A stretch of DNA of 64,000 nucleotides from Callorhinchus milii (taxonomy: Eukaryota), in the NCBI RefSeq assembly GCF_018977255.1, contig NW_024704742.1:112470001-112534000 (forward strand), given 5' to 3'. Positions within the stretch are counted from its first letter, which is position 1. Each line of letters begins with the position of its first letter. Of this stretch, positions 49,076 to 61,831 are shown piece by piece. The notes below the pieces were generated by a model that saw only the letters and a program-made list of their open reading frames with translations, searched no databases and was not told the origin of the DNA. A program made the translations under genes and the position numbers.

Positions 49076-49999
49076 GATTATTATAAAGCCATTATTTGGT
49101 CATGAAATGTGGTACAATTCATGATTTTCTCATATTAGCACTTCGATTAGGGAAAATCTTGAATTGGGGCATGGGGAGCATGGATTTCTATGATGGGGCA
49201 GGGTAGTTGGCATATTTGCCCTTGAAACAACATTCATTTCATTTCTAATTACATTTGTAAGGTACTTTGATACTTTTATTTGTACATGAAATATGCTATG
49301 TTATTAGCAGATGCAAGTTATTGTCAGTATTATGAATTTGAATGACAAATCTTTGCTAATATAGAAAATATTTATTGATGATATTAAAATAAACTGTCTT
49401 ATAGTTTAAAACGTTATAGAAATTGTACATTGAGGAAAATGGTTCAGCTCAGTGTACTGGTAATGTAGTGAATCCCACAAGGGGGCAATGTGACACAAGG
49501 AAACTGAAACAACTCAGTTGTATATTCTGGCTGTTTTGTAGACCTACTGAGCCATAAGATCACAGAAGGTCCTTTGACTAATTTGATCGCGTGTGTGCAC
49601 TATAAACACTGTTTGGGTCAAATGGCCTGTGTCTGTGCTGAACCAATGTAATTCTACGTCATACTTCTAGAATACCCACCCTACTATCGGCACATTGTCA
49701 ACTTAGCCTCAGGGTCAGAAGATTGTAGGTTCAAATTGAGCTCATAGTACAGACTCGCCCTCCCATGCTGTACTGGGACAATGTACTTTGTCAGATGGTG
49801 TTAAACTAAGCTATTTAATTGGAATTCTGTTATTAATTCAAGGTAAAACCAGATCAGAAATTGTTCTTCTGGTTGATTTGTAGTTTGGGAAAATGTTCTT
49901 GTGTTTTATTGTACTTTTAGATATGTTCCCATTCTATTTCTCTACATCGTAGCCTTGCCGGACCATAAACCTCCTGTAGTCTGGACCGTAGGCAGTTAA

Positions 50000-51022
50000 G
50001 TGACCAGGGCTCTCGCTGCCTCCTAATTCTTCTTGATTTCTTGGCCGTCTTCAACACTATTGATCATGCTGTCCTTCTCCATTGCCTCTCTTAACTCCAT
50101 CTTCATGATTCTCTCCTGTCCACTCCTGGTTTCACTCTTACCTATCCCAAAGTCTCCACTTTATCTCTACTCCTGCACCGTCACATGCAGTGTTCCTCAG
50201 GGGTCTATCCTTGATCTTCTCCTTTTTAACATTTTCATGTTCCCGATCGGTCATGCCATATGTGGATGACACCCATCTCTCTCTCAGACGCTGAAGCTGA
50301 CAGTGGTGCCAACTATTTGGATGTGTACCACCTCACAGAACCTGTACGGAAAGAACCTCAGTGTCTTGTTCGAATCTCAATTGTCTTTTAAATCTCACAT
50401 CGGTGCTCTGACCTCTTCAGGTATCCGCCACCTACGTAATATTTTCCATCTCTGCCATTACCTCTCTCCTTGGATCGCTGGGACTCTAATCCACGCATTG
50501 GTCATGCTTAGGCTAGATTACACCAACTCTGTGCTCACTGGACTACCTGGTTCTTTCCCTCACAAGCAGCAGACTATCCAGAACTCTGTAGCTCGTGTTG
50601 TCTCCTGCACTAGGCTCCATGAGCTTATCACCTTCGTCAATGCCCAGCTCCCCGGCTCCCCATTGCTCTGCAGTTTGAGTTCAAGATCCTTGTCCTAATC
50701 TTTAAGTCCCACCATGGTCTTGCCACACTCTATCTCTGCGATCCCCTCAAACCATACTAACACAATCACTATTTTTGCTCAGCTTGCACCGACCTGCTTC
50801 ACGTACCCACCATTTCAGTATATCTGCTCCCACTCTCTGGAACTGCACCCTGGAGTCCCTAGGCTCCTTCAAGGGATGCCTCAAAACTGCACGTTTGACC
50901 ATTCCCTCTCCGCCCCACCCCCACACCCCCAGCTAGGATGCAAACCCTAGACTGTTCATCGTCTTAGGACAGCCTCCCAACATGAAAGGCGCTATATAAA
51001 CGTAAATGTGTATTGTATTGTA
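50000..51022 (+). mobile_element. L2 LINE fragment, old
   Basis: Translates VPQGSILDLLLFNIFM and TLIHALVMLRLDYTNS. Tail aaggcgctatataaa..(tgtat)n. Confidence 0.9.
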
Positions 51023-51459
51023 AGTGAGATATTTGTAATGTTATTTTTTTGTTAGCCACCAGGAGGCACTAAACATTAGCCATACCATTACAGTCTTCTC
51101 TCTCTGATCCCTCTAACACATCAATGCAGCTAAAATCAGAAACAGCACTGGAAGAAGCTGCATCATCTCCACTCTGTCAAGCAATAGTGCTGCAAATCAC
51201 CACTCCAGGTCAGCGCTTGCTATACTGGTATTGTTTGTAATATTAAAAATTAAGAACAAGTTTGGAAATATTATGTATAGGATAAAGTTGGTGGTATTTC
51301 ATAACACATTTGATATGATAATTATTCATTCTGCATTCACCTACAAATACACAGTGACAACACTGTACAATAAATCCTATGCAGCTCTTTGAGACATCCT
51401 CCTGATGGGAAAGGGTACCATAACAAATGCAAAAATGTTTATTTTTTTAAACCCACATA

Positions 51460-51635
51460 TCACACAGTCACTATCCTACACACTGTGTGTTACTGATACA
51501 ATCTCATACATAAAGTGTTATAATCACAATCCTGCACGCTGCCTATTACAGTCATATTACCACATTCTGTATTATGGACATACACATCAGGTATTATATT
51601 CACAATCCCTCTCACTGTGTTACAGTCATAATCAT
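51460..51635. repeat. Highly degenerate minisatellite, roughly 22-28 bp unit
   Basis: About six units resembling ttacagtcacaatcc..cacactgtg. Confidence 0.5.
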
Positions 51636-51987
51636 GGCCACCTCAGTAGTTATTTTCCTCATAATATTCTAAGTGCACATAACCAAAGATTTATACATCT
51701 CCAAGAAGGAACAAGAAACACAATATGTGGAGCTAATCTATAAAAGGAGCAATCTTGTTGTTTTAAAAAATAAGAATCTGAAACTGCGACAAGAGATCAC
51801 TTTGTTCCACTGGAAGAATACATCAAAGGCATCCCCTGAACATTGCAGTCAAAAGTGAAAGAAGAGGAAAATAGTACGGAGGATGAGGAAGGAGGTTTTC
51901 ATCAATTTAATTCAGGAGATTGGAGCAAAGCAATTTCCCAGTCGATACTCAGCTATTACAATTGTGCCAATACGAGACATAATTAAA

Positions 51988-52245
51988 TAATAATAATCCT
52001 TGCATTTGATATAGCGCCTTATCACATCTTCGAGGTGTCTCAAAGCGCTTCACAGAATATACTGTAAAGTGAATTAACTGTATAATTTGTGGGTGAAATG
52101 AGGCAGCTAATTGCGCGCAGCAGTGTCTCACAAATAGTTGTGGATTGAGTGACCAATTATTTTTTTTGAAGAAATTATTATCACCGGAAAAACAATCCGC
52201 CAATCGACTAACAACCGAGTTCCAACCTACTGCTAGGTAAACAGA
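51988..52245 (-). mobile_element. SINE subfamily B, 5'-truncated
   Basis: Tail gcgccttatcacatcttcgaggtgtctc through cctactgctaggtaaacagagg. Confidence 0.9.
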
Positions 52246-52502
52246 GGTAATTGTAATTCTCCTCGGAGGAATGCTGTATATCCTGAGTGATGAACTAATC
52301 TGTTCAACAAGTATTGAAAACAGCAGGATTCAGCATGCAATGTATGGACTGATATTTGTTTGAATATTATCATTTTCATTAAATCTTTAGTATGATTGCA
52401 TTGCATTTTCTTTGTTGAGATATTATTAAGACAAAACAAAGATATGGTTTATTAACAGGGATAAAATATGTCAACAACATATCAAGTTATATCAACTTCA
52501 TT

Positions 52503-52635
52503 TAATAATAATAATAATCCTTGCATTTGATATAGTGCCTTATCATGTCTTTGAAACGTCTCAAAGCACTTCACAGAATATACTGTAAAGTGAATTGACT
52601 GCATATTTTGTGGGTGAATCACGGCAGCCAATGGA
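52503..52635 (-). mobile_element. SINE 3' half
   Basis: aataatccttgcatttgatatagtgcc...cggcagccaat. Confidence 0.88.
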
Positions 52636-52661
52636 TTGAAATAATCATTTAGATCTTAAGA

Positions 52662-52767
52662 GAAGACAGTTCTGACGAAGGGTCATGGACCTGAAACATT
52701 GACTCACTTTCCTTTCCCCATAGATGCTGCCTGACCTACTGAGTGTTCCCAGTGACTTCTGTTTTTG
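52662..52767 (+). ncRNA. 106-bp Penelope-type element with a hammerhead ribozyme core, flanked by a 15-bp direct repeat
   Basis: agtt-CTGACGA-a-GGGTC-atg-GACCT-GAAA-caTT-gact. Flanks atttagatcttaaga at 52647-52661 and 52768-52782. Confidence 0.8.
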
Positions 52768-53554
52768 ATTTAGATCTTAAGATGTGTCTTGTGTAAGCAG
52801 CTCAAAGATTTCTGAATATGAATGTCATCCTGGTTACATACTCAATCAATTAATGTTCTGGGAAGTAGGTGTTTTTTTTAGTTGAGGCTGGGACTAACCG
52901 AAGAGCAAGAGCACAAGAAGCTTGGGGAGTTCTATGGTGCCAAGTAATTGCACCACTCATAAAGCACAATGTAGGCTCACATGCGCAAGAATTTATATAA
53001 CATAAACTACTCTGCGGAATGAGCCGAATCCAAGATAATTAACATCTACGTCTGGCAATCAGGCAATAGGTGGCACTTGCAGCAAAGTGATCAAATTCTC
53101 TGATGAGTCCTGCTGGAAGTCTGGTACAGTGCAAGTGGGGTATGGAGGAGTCACTTGCCTCTGTCAGTAGAACCCTACAAGTAATCTCTTTCTAGCACTA
53201 GATTCTCATAGGTGCCTGTTCTCTGTTTCCTCTTATCATCGAGTGCCATATTTCATAATAATAATAATATTCCTTGCATTTGATATAGCGCCTTATCATG
53301 TTGTTGAGACATCTCAAAGCTCTTCACTGTATTTTACACAGTATTTAGTGGCTACTGAGCTTAATACCAAAGATCACATCATTGCATTCTCTCCTCTGTG
53401 CTAGTATTTTAGTCAAATGTCCTTATGTGAATGACAAACAACATCAGTTACTACATTTCAGTAGAAAAATCCTGTGAAGCACTTTGAGACATTTTGATGA
53501 TGTAATGAGTTGCTATATTAAATGCAAGGGTTATGATTATATTCACAATGAGTC

Positions 53555-53830
53555 AGGGCAGGACGAAATGTTAGGCAAGTTTCTTTACTCCACAACCCTC
53601 TGTTCACCTAGCAGTAAGTAGGAACCTGGTTGTTAATCGATTTGCGGATCACTTTTCTTGGGGTAATAACCCCTTCCCCCAAAAATGTGGTCACCTAATC
53701 CACAAATGTTTGTGGGACACTGCTTTGCACAATTGGTTGTCGTGTTTCACCCACAAAATACACAGTCAATTCACTTTACAGTATATTCTGTGAAGCTCTT
53801 TGAGACGTCTCAAAGACATGATAGGGCACA
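53555..53830 (+). mobile_element. SINE subfamily B lacking most of the tRNA head
   Basis: ggcaagtttctttactccacaaccctctgttcacctagcagtaagtagg...tttgagacgtctcaaagacatgata. Confidence 0.9.
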
Positions 53831-53849
53831 ATATCCTGCCAGGGATATA

Positions 53850-54945
53850 CAACAACAACAACTTCCATTTATATAGCGCCCTCCACACAGGGTAGCATCT
53901 CAGTGGAGCCTGGCCAGAACTGGTGAGCTGTGGGTATGGAGTTTGGTTCGGGTCAGTATGTGGGCAGCAGAGTTCTGAATGAGCTGGATCTTTCAGGAGA
54001 CCAACGAACAGTGCATTTGAGTAATCTAAGTGGGAGGTGACAAACGCATGCATGAGGGTTTCGGCTGCATTTGGGCTAAGGTACGGTTGGAAGCGGGCAA
54101 TGTGGCAGAGGTGGAAGAAGGCAGTCCTGGTCAGGGACTGGATGTGGAGGAGGAAGGACAGTTGGGGGTCGAGCTGGATGATGTAGCCAGACAAGCTGAT
54201 AGAACATTGGCAGACTTGGAGTTGGTACAGGAGAAGGCTGTGTGTCATCCACATACATGTGAAAGTTTATCCATGTCTGTGGACGACATCGCCCAGAGGG
54301 AGTATTTAGATAAAGAAAAGTAGAGGGGTAACCCGCAGGTGACCGGGCGAAGGCAGGAGGAGAAACCATTTGCTGAAGTGAAATGGAGGCAGTTGGTTAA
54401 ATAGGACTTGAACCATGCGAGTGCAGTCCCACTAAGGTGAATGAGGGAGGAGAGGCAGTGGAGGAGGATGGCATGGTTGACTGTGTCGAACGCAGCAGAG
54501 AGATCCAGGAGGACGAGGAGGCAGAGGGAGCCCTGGTCACAGATAGAGAGAATGTTGTTTATGACTTTGACAAACACTGTCTCTGTGCTGTGGGCAGGGA
54601 GAGGTTACGGATGAGGGAGGGGGAAGGCTCTTTACCTTTCGGTGGCGGTTGGTGCGGAGAGATTGAGCAATAGGACAGTTGGGGTGGCTGCTCTGGGACA
54701 ATCAACACAGCCATGATGGGCCTGGTGGAGGATGCCCAGGCTGGAGCAGAGGGAGGTAATGGTGGGGTCCAGGAGAGAGAGAAGGCGAGGAGGGCAGTGG
54801 GAGAGAGGGACAGAGCGGGAGTAGCGGAGTGTGGGAGCAGGAACATTTTCAATGGGAGCGGTTCGGGTTAGGGTAGCAGCCAAAACGCACATGCAGAGAC
54901 AAGGAGCGAGCGATCAATGGGGCAGCATCAGCCCACAGGCTATGG
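53850..54945 (-). mobile_element. Internally deleted L2 (5' region joined to RT part and tail)
   Basis: About 54710-54945 matches 45250-45490. About 54250-54590 is RT (LDLSAAFDTVNH). The APE region is absent. Confidence 0.9.
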
Positions 54946-55325
54946 AAGACAGAGCAGTGGGATAGGGGTGAGGAGGTGGAATGGCGGTCGTGGCTTACGT
55001 GCCAGAGACTGGGAAAGAAAGGGAGGACAAGGTAGAAAATATAACAAAATTATATTAAATGCAAAGATTATCATTATATTCACAATGGGTCCGTCACATT
55101 TTCCTTTTCCTCGATCTCTCATCCTCAGAGGGGTCAAATATACAGCAATTTACAACTGGAGTAATTGCTATAAACTCCACGCCACAAACAGGGCAACCTG
55201 TGGTAACCGAATTGTGTCACACAGACTTGCAGAACTCTCGTTCCAACACGGCCTGAAGTAGATCACAGAGTTCCCGTAGCTCAACAGAACACCACCTCTG
55301 GTTACCTGCAGGATTCTCTGCGACT

Positions 55326-55434
55326 CCAAGGCGCTGTACAGTTGGGTCAGGACCCGAGCGGGGGGGAAATGGTCAGGGTGAGGGGAGGGAAGTGAGGGAG
55401 CGAGGAGGGGGTAGAGAGTCGAGAGGGGAGCTGA
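55326..55434 (-). mobile_element. Tail-less L2 3' UTR piece
   Basis: 109 bp with 5 mismatches to 58705-58813. Confidence 0.9.
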
Positions 55435-58009
55435 CTTACTTAGCTGTTGAACCGCTCAGGATTGGTCCGAGTAAAAGATGCCAATACTGCTGTCATTCCT
55501 ATTGATGTTCTTTTTTGACAAAGATGCACATATGCTAATAGCAGACCACCTAGGATTACAATAAAAGAAAACCATTTATGTTCTTTCTAGAGATGAAGAT
55601 CATTTCTCAAATGTTGGCAAAAGAATACCCCCTGCAACTTAACAATAAAACTGATCTGTCTGAACTCAGTACTCAACATTTCAGTCAAGGGTTTGCTGGA
55701 AGTTCATTGCAGGGTGGAACCTTTTGCTAAGCTTAATGTGATGCATGACAGCAGCAGTGTTTTTCTTCATAGCAATACCATTGAAAAACAAACCAAGCAA
55801 TCGAGGCAACAATCAATCACTCGGATATGGTTCTCACCAAATCTGTTGCAAAGTGCTGCTTTCATTGTAGCATTGTACAAATCTGTAGTAATTACATCCA
55901 GTTTCCTAATTCTTGAATAGTATTGTAGTAAGACATATACAACTGATTCTTATCTACGTACCAATGGGTTCCAACTAACAAATAATATGGAAATGAACCA
56001 CATTCCAAACTGTATTAAAATCAGTTTTAATACATTTATATTTCACAAATATATTTGTAATACATATAAAAAGCAAAAGAATATTGGGATTGCACTCACA
56101 AATAGCACAGAAAGTTCTGGTTTACAGATGTCTCATTTTCAAGCCCTATTTATTTTTCTGTATGTAACATACGGTGACAAATGGTTAATATTTCTGAGAG
56201 GTCAAACACCTCTGTCTGAGGGCCGAGGAGAGCAAGTGTTACTCCAGTATTCAAAAAAAGTAGTGAGCAATGACTAGTTAAACATTAGTAATGGAGAAAA
56301 ACCTATGAAAGTTAGCGTCTATAAGATTCTATAAATGGCTATTGAAAGAAAAGGAGAATAAGGAGCAACTAACAATAGAAACAATATGCCGCAACAAATT
56401 TGCTGGATTCATTGAGGAGCTTACGCCAATTTACTTTGGCTTCCAGAAGGCATTTGATAACATTCCATATTTTAAACTTTTAAAGAACATAAAGCTCTTT
56501 TGAATTCATTAATACTTAATTAGCTTGCTGTATTAAAAAGTCATTTAGCAATGAGAAGCATACACACATCTGTCAAGGTAATATGAAATTAATAGGAAAT
56601 ACATTTGTTGCTGAAAATTGCTAAATTAAAAACCTATTCCTGCATTGGGCAACCCAGTGTCAATCACTATTTGAAATGTGATAGGAAATTGTTCAGTATT
56701 CTGACCAACAATCCTCCAGATAAATTTGTCACGCACTTCATTGTTGTTTGAGGGATATTGTTGTGTGCAAATTGGCTGCCATGTTTATCTATAAATGCAC
56801 AGTCAATACGCTTTACATAAATTCTCTGAAATGCTTTGATATGGTTTGATATTCTAAGTACTGTATCAAATGCAAAGATTATTAATAAAGGATTGAATAT
56901 CTTCTTCACAAATCTATACCTGGTGGCATTGAAGGAAAAAAAGTTTCCTAACTCAGAAAAACACCGCAGAATGAACTAAAGAAACCTCTGGATTGTAAGA
57001 TGTTCCACATCTTCGTTACTCTTTAATCTTTAAGATATGAAGTCCACAACCTTTCTCATTGCGTAATTCACTGATTTCACCCCTATGATTCTTTATAACA
57101 CTCACCATTTGTCAAAGGAAACAAGTTGTAGGGACAGCAGACTAGTATTTTGCAATGAGAAGCATATTTATTCCATTTATCTTAAAAGGAAACCTTTTTG
57201 TTCCTTAATAGTTTCAATGGAATAAAACATCAATTGTTGTTGACTAACATCTGGCTACATGACACATCACATATGGTGACAAATCAGCAGTCGGGGATCA
57301 CAGATGAATCCCATCATCGCAGCTAGCTTTTGTTCATCTGCGCAGTGTTCTGAGCCAAAAGTACTAACCATCTGAAGGATGTTCTCCACTGAGAACCTTA
57401 TTGGGACATCTCTGGGAGATAAGATCACAGCATTTGTACACAGATGAAGTATAGCTGGTGTTATTTTTGGTGCAGTCACAAATAATCTTGGCTGGCACAT
57501 CACTGTGTCACTTCAAGACTATGGAACCCACAGTCACATGTGCTGCATTCTCGAAGCAAGTTCGGATTATTTTGAAAGCTCTGTTTGCTACATCAAGAGA
57601 AAACTCATACAAAAAAGATGATGCATTAAAAGACAATTTGCTGACTTGTATTTTATTGAAATTTCACCTCCTGCAGTTTTAAACATTTTGATTGTGCAAA
57701 ACAGTCCCTAAATAACTTGAGACAGCTGACTGAATTTCATGTTTTATTGTTAAAAGTGACAGTTGTATGTTAAAAGTTCCTACTCCAGAAATTGCCTTCT
57801 CTTTTGGTCAAATAGCTAACAGTACTCTAGACCTTTTTCATACCTAACCTCCTTCCTCCCACAAGCATCCTCTATTTCACCCATTCCAACTGTGTCATCG
57901 ATAAACAATAGACAGTTTTGTTGATTTTTTTTATTGATACACTGTATTTTGAATGACACATGCCAAGGTACTTTCTATACGAATACCTTCTATATCAATA
58001 TTCCAATAT

Positions 58010-58440
58010 TTACATTTGGTAGAGCACCTTTCATATCAGGAAGATATCTGAAAGCACTTCACAGGATATACTGCTATGCGAAGTGACTGTATGTCGTGGG
58101 TGAATGTGGCAGCCGATTTGCGCACAGCAAAATCCCATAAGCAACTTTAAAACTTTAAAGTGATCGGTCAATTTTACTTGGGGGATTGTTGGTCAGGACA
58201 CTGAGTGAAATGCCCTCCTCTTTTCGAAGAGTACCATGGCATCTTTAAACTCTACCTGTACAGGAAGATGGGACCTCAGTTTAAGATCTCGTCTTAAGGA
58301 CAATACCTCTATCAATACAGCACCTCCTCCTTGTATTGCATTGCATTGTCAGTATAGACTATATGATTTCTATGTTCTGACGTGGGATTTGAACCCACAA
58401 CTTTCTGACTCAGAAGCTCGCAAATGAGCTAACCTGACAT
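58010..58440 (-). mobile_element. Old Deu-SINE, near full length
   Basis: gtggcagccgatttgcgcacagcaa...gggacctcagtttaa...tttgaacccacaactttctgactcaga. Confidence 0.85.
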
Positions 58441-58650
58441 ACAACAGCTAAAGGGTAACATTTCAACCATTGTATGTAAGTCTGGCTCAGCTGGTAGTAC
58501 TCCATTTACCTAATGTGACAGTAAATTACAGAAACTAAATGTTGTGTTGAATAGCCGACATGCAAATGGCACCAAATTTACATGTGAAATGGGAATGAAA
58601 GATTAGGTTGGAGGACAAGAGACTAAAGAAATGATCAGAAAGAAGCTATT

Positions 58651-58835
58651 TACAACAACAACAAGATTTCATTTATAGAGCGCCTTTCACGTCTGGAGGA
58701 TATCCCAAGGCGCTGGACAGTTGGGTCGGGACCCGAGCAGGGGGGAAATGGTCCGGGTGAGGGGAGGGAAGGGAGGGAGCGAGGAGGGGGTAGAGAGTCG
58801 AGAGGGGAGCTGAAGGCACGGTCGAAGAGAAAAGT
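58651..58835 (-). mobile_element. L2 3' terminus
   Basis: (caa)n, gagcgcctttcacgtctggaggatatcccaaggcgctgg, aaggcacggtcgaagag. Confidence 0.9.
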
Positions 58836-59023
58836 TAAATGACTACAGTATATAAACAGTAAACATGTTTCATACATCTCAAAACGGGGAAGTGCATGCA
58901 CAACGAAACAGGAAGTGATGTCAATGGCAACCTAATGATTCCGAAGGCAACTATTTTGTGCATAAAATGTCTTGCTCATGGCCAGCTGTGCATATATATT
59001 GTGAATGGGACCCATAATGGACC

Positions 59024-59219
59024 TAATAATAATCCCTCCAAAAAAACAAAACAATAATAAATTGGTCATTTTCAATCCATGACTGTTTGTGGGACATTGC
59101 TGTGTGCAATTGGCTGCTGCATTCGCCCACAAATATACAGTCAATTCACTTTACAGTATATTCTGTGAAGTGCTTTGGGACGTCTAGAAGACATGAAAAG
59201 CGCTATATCAAATGCAAGG

Positions 59220-59250
<31 letters not shown>
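59024..59250 (+). mobile_element. Young SINE subfamily A, 5'-truncated, long (tta)n tail
   Basis: taataataatccctcc...ttggtcattttcaatc...(tta)n. Confidence 0.93.
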
Positions 59251-59251
<1 letters not shown>

Positions 59252-60119
59252 GTTGTTTTGGAATTTATACTATAGTGAAATGCATTGTAATGGCCCTGCA
59301 CTCTATTTAGGACAATATTTTTTGTTTAAAAAACAGGTATTATATAGTAGAAGAAAAGCATTAAAGATAAATATTGCGAATTTGCAATGTGCAAATTAAC
59401 ATTTGTGATCAATTTAGTGACCACATTATAACTAACACACTGGTTGGTTTCTGGAAGTAAACCCCCATCCCTCCTGACACTCTTTTATTAGTCGCATACA
59501 TTAAGCCACATTTTGGGTTGCTGGTTACAGGGATATCAGCTTTACCTAGAGGAAGGAATGCAAGATGTGCAAATGGGACAAATCACACTGACTCAGGGAA
59601 ATTCCACTACAACACAATCTGCTATTGGAGCAGAGTTCCCATGGCTTGATGAGAATTGTAATGAATTCAAAGAAATACAGTATTATTAGTTGCCAATAGC
59701 TGTGTTTAAACAGCTTGTGAGTACAAAGCTTCAGATGCCAAAAATTGCACTTCCTTATATTGTTTAGTTGCTAAACACGATTTTACTGCTTATTTTTTCA
59801 CAGAATGGAGAGAAAGAAGCCCTCCAGCTTGTTTAAGCTCAGAGTAATGATAAATGACAAACATTAACCCATTACCTTTTTATTCAGATGAACTTTTGAT
59901 AGAACAAGCTCAGTAATAAATCAATGAAGCTGGAATGCTTAATGAACCTTCATACACTAAATGAAAAGGGAATCTAAAGCAAATGACAAATAGTTTTAAT
60001 GTATTGAAGGGCTTCAAGGCTTTCTTAGGTTGTGTTTAGCATCTCAATGGATGCCATAAAGTATGAAATTCCCATTTGAATTTGGCAGCTGTCTTCCTCT
60101 CAATGTTGAACAGCCCGAA

Positions 60120-61660
60120 ACTCTGGAACACTCATCCTCTGTTCTTGCCCATTCCTTCCCTATCTTCAGATCGTGACTCATGACCTTCCTCTTCCACCAT
60201 GCCTACAGTCACCTCCATCCTCGGTGTTATGCTCTGCCACTGTCAAGTGCTCTGTGATGCTATCCTGCGTGAGGGTCACTCCTCTCCAACCTCACAAACT
60301 TGAGTCCAATCTCAAACCTGCCTTTCCTGGTCAGTGTTTTGGAACGTGTCGTTGCAAATCAACTTCGCTCACACCTCTCCCTCTACTCCCTATTCGAACC
60401 CCTACAGTCCAATTTTCGCTCTGTCCACAGCACAGAGACAGCACTTGTCAAAGTAACAAATGACATCCTCATTTGACATCCTGTGACCAGAGCTCTCTCT
60501 GCTTCCTTGTTCTCCTGGACCTTTCCGCCGCATTCAACACAGTTGATCATGCCATCCTCCTACTCCGCTCTACTCCCTCATCTAACTTAGTGGGACTGCA
60601 CTCGCATATTTCGAGTCCCACTTAACAGACTGACAACAATACATCTCGGCAAGTGGTTTTTCCTCCCGACCCCGCCTAGTCACTTGCTGGTTACGCCTAT
60701 GCTCCATCCTTGTCCCCCTTCTTTTCCTTATCTACATGCTCCCTCTCGGCGATGTCATCCGCAGACATGAGGTCAACTTCCACATGAATGCGGTTGACAC
60801 CCAAATCTACTTCTCCTCATCCAGCTGCAACTCCCAGTCCACTCATGACCTGTCTGTTTGTCTGATGGACATCAAGGCCTGGATGAGCGCAAATTTCCTG
60901 TAGCTGAATGTCGGCAAGACCGAAGCCATCCTCTTTAGTTCCCGTCAACATCTTCTCTCCTGTGGATCTGAACCTCAATCTCCCCAGGCTCTCCTTCAGA
61001 CTCACCAAACCCATGTACAACTTAAGCTTCAGGTTTAATCCCCATCTTTCCTTTCTACCCCACATCCGTTCCCTGACCAGGAGCACCTTTTTCCACGTCA
61101 GTCACATAGCCAGCCTCCGTCCATATTTCACACCAAAGCAGCCGAAACCCTCGTCCATGCCTTCATCACTTCTGGGCTGGACTATTTCAATGCCCTCCTT
61201 GCTGGTCTCCATCATACACAAAATTCAACTATTTCAAAACTCCGCCACCTGGATACTCAGCCACACAAAACTCTGTACCCTATCACACCAGTCCTTGCCA
61301 GGCTCCACTTGGCTCCCAATTACTGAACAGATCGATTTCAAGATCCCCTCACTCGTTTTCAAATCCCTTCATGCTCTCGCACCTCCTTACCTATTGACCT
61401 GCTTACCCCCTACTCCACAACATGCTACCTCCGCTCACCTGGTTCTGTCCTCCTGTTTGTCCCTCGTCCCCTCCTCTCCACCATCCGTGCCTTCAGTCAC
61501 TCTGCCCCAAAACTCTGGAGCTCTCTCACTTAATCCACCGCCTTGCCCCCTCCATCCCACTTTCAAATTACGCCTAAAGACCTTCCTTTTTAATCGTGCT
61601 TAAGGTCACCTACTCCCCTGGCTCGTTGTCAGACTTGTGAAGGGCGCTAAATAAATGCAA
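60120..61660 (+). mobile_element. L2 LINE RT fragment to 3' end, frameshifted
   Basis: cacagcacagagacagcacttgtcaaagtaacaaatgac (HSTETALVKVTND), ctggacctttccgccgcattc, IDFKIPSLVFKSLH, LKTFLF. Confidence 0.93.
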
Positions 61661-61831
61661 AGGGCAATTGCATGAAGAAGCAGAAGAGGAAAATGTAAAC
61701 TTACAAGGTTATCTGAAACTTTCTGGCAGCTCATTACAGCAAGCTTTTGCACTTAGCCTATGAACAGGAAGTTACTCATCACTGAGGACTGAAATTCTAT
61801 CTAGTATTAGCCTGAAAGACTATTTTGCTTA

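Noticed and set aside
53098..53125. ctgatgagtcc as a third hammerhead
   Set aside because: There is no GAAA after the putative helix II, so the core is incomplete.
55217..55219. In-frame TGA as selenocysteine
   Set aside because: I recognise no selenoprotein family and found no SECIS. An ordinary stop or chance is more likely.
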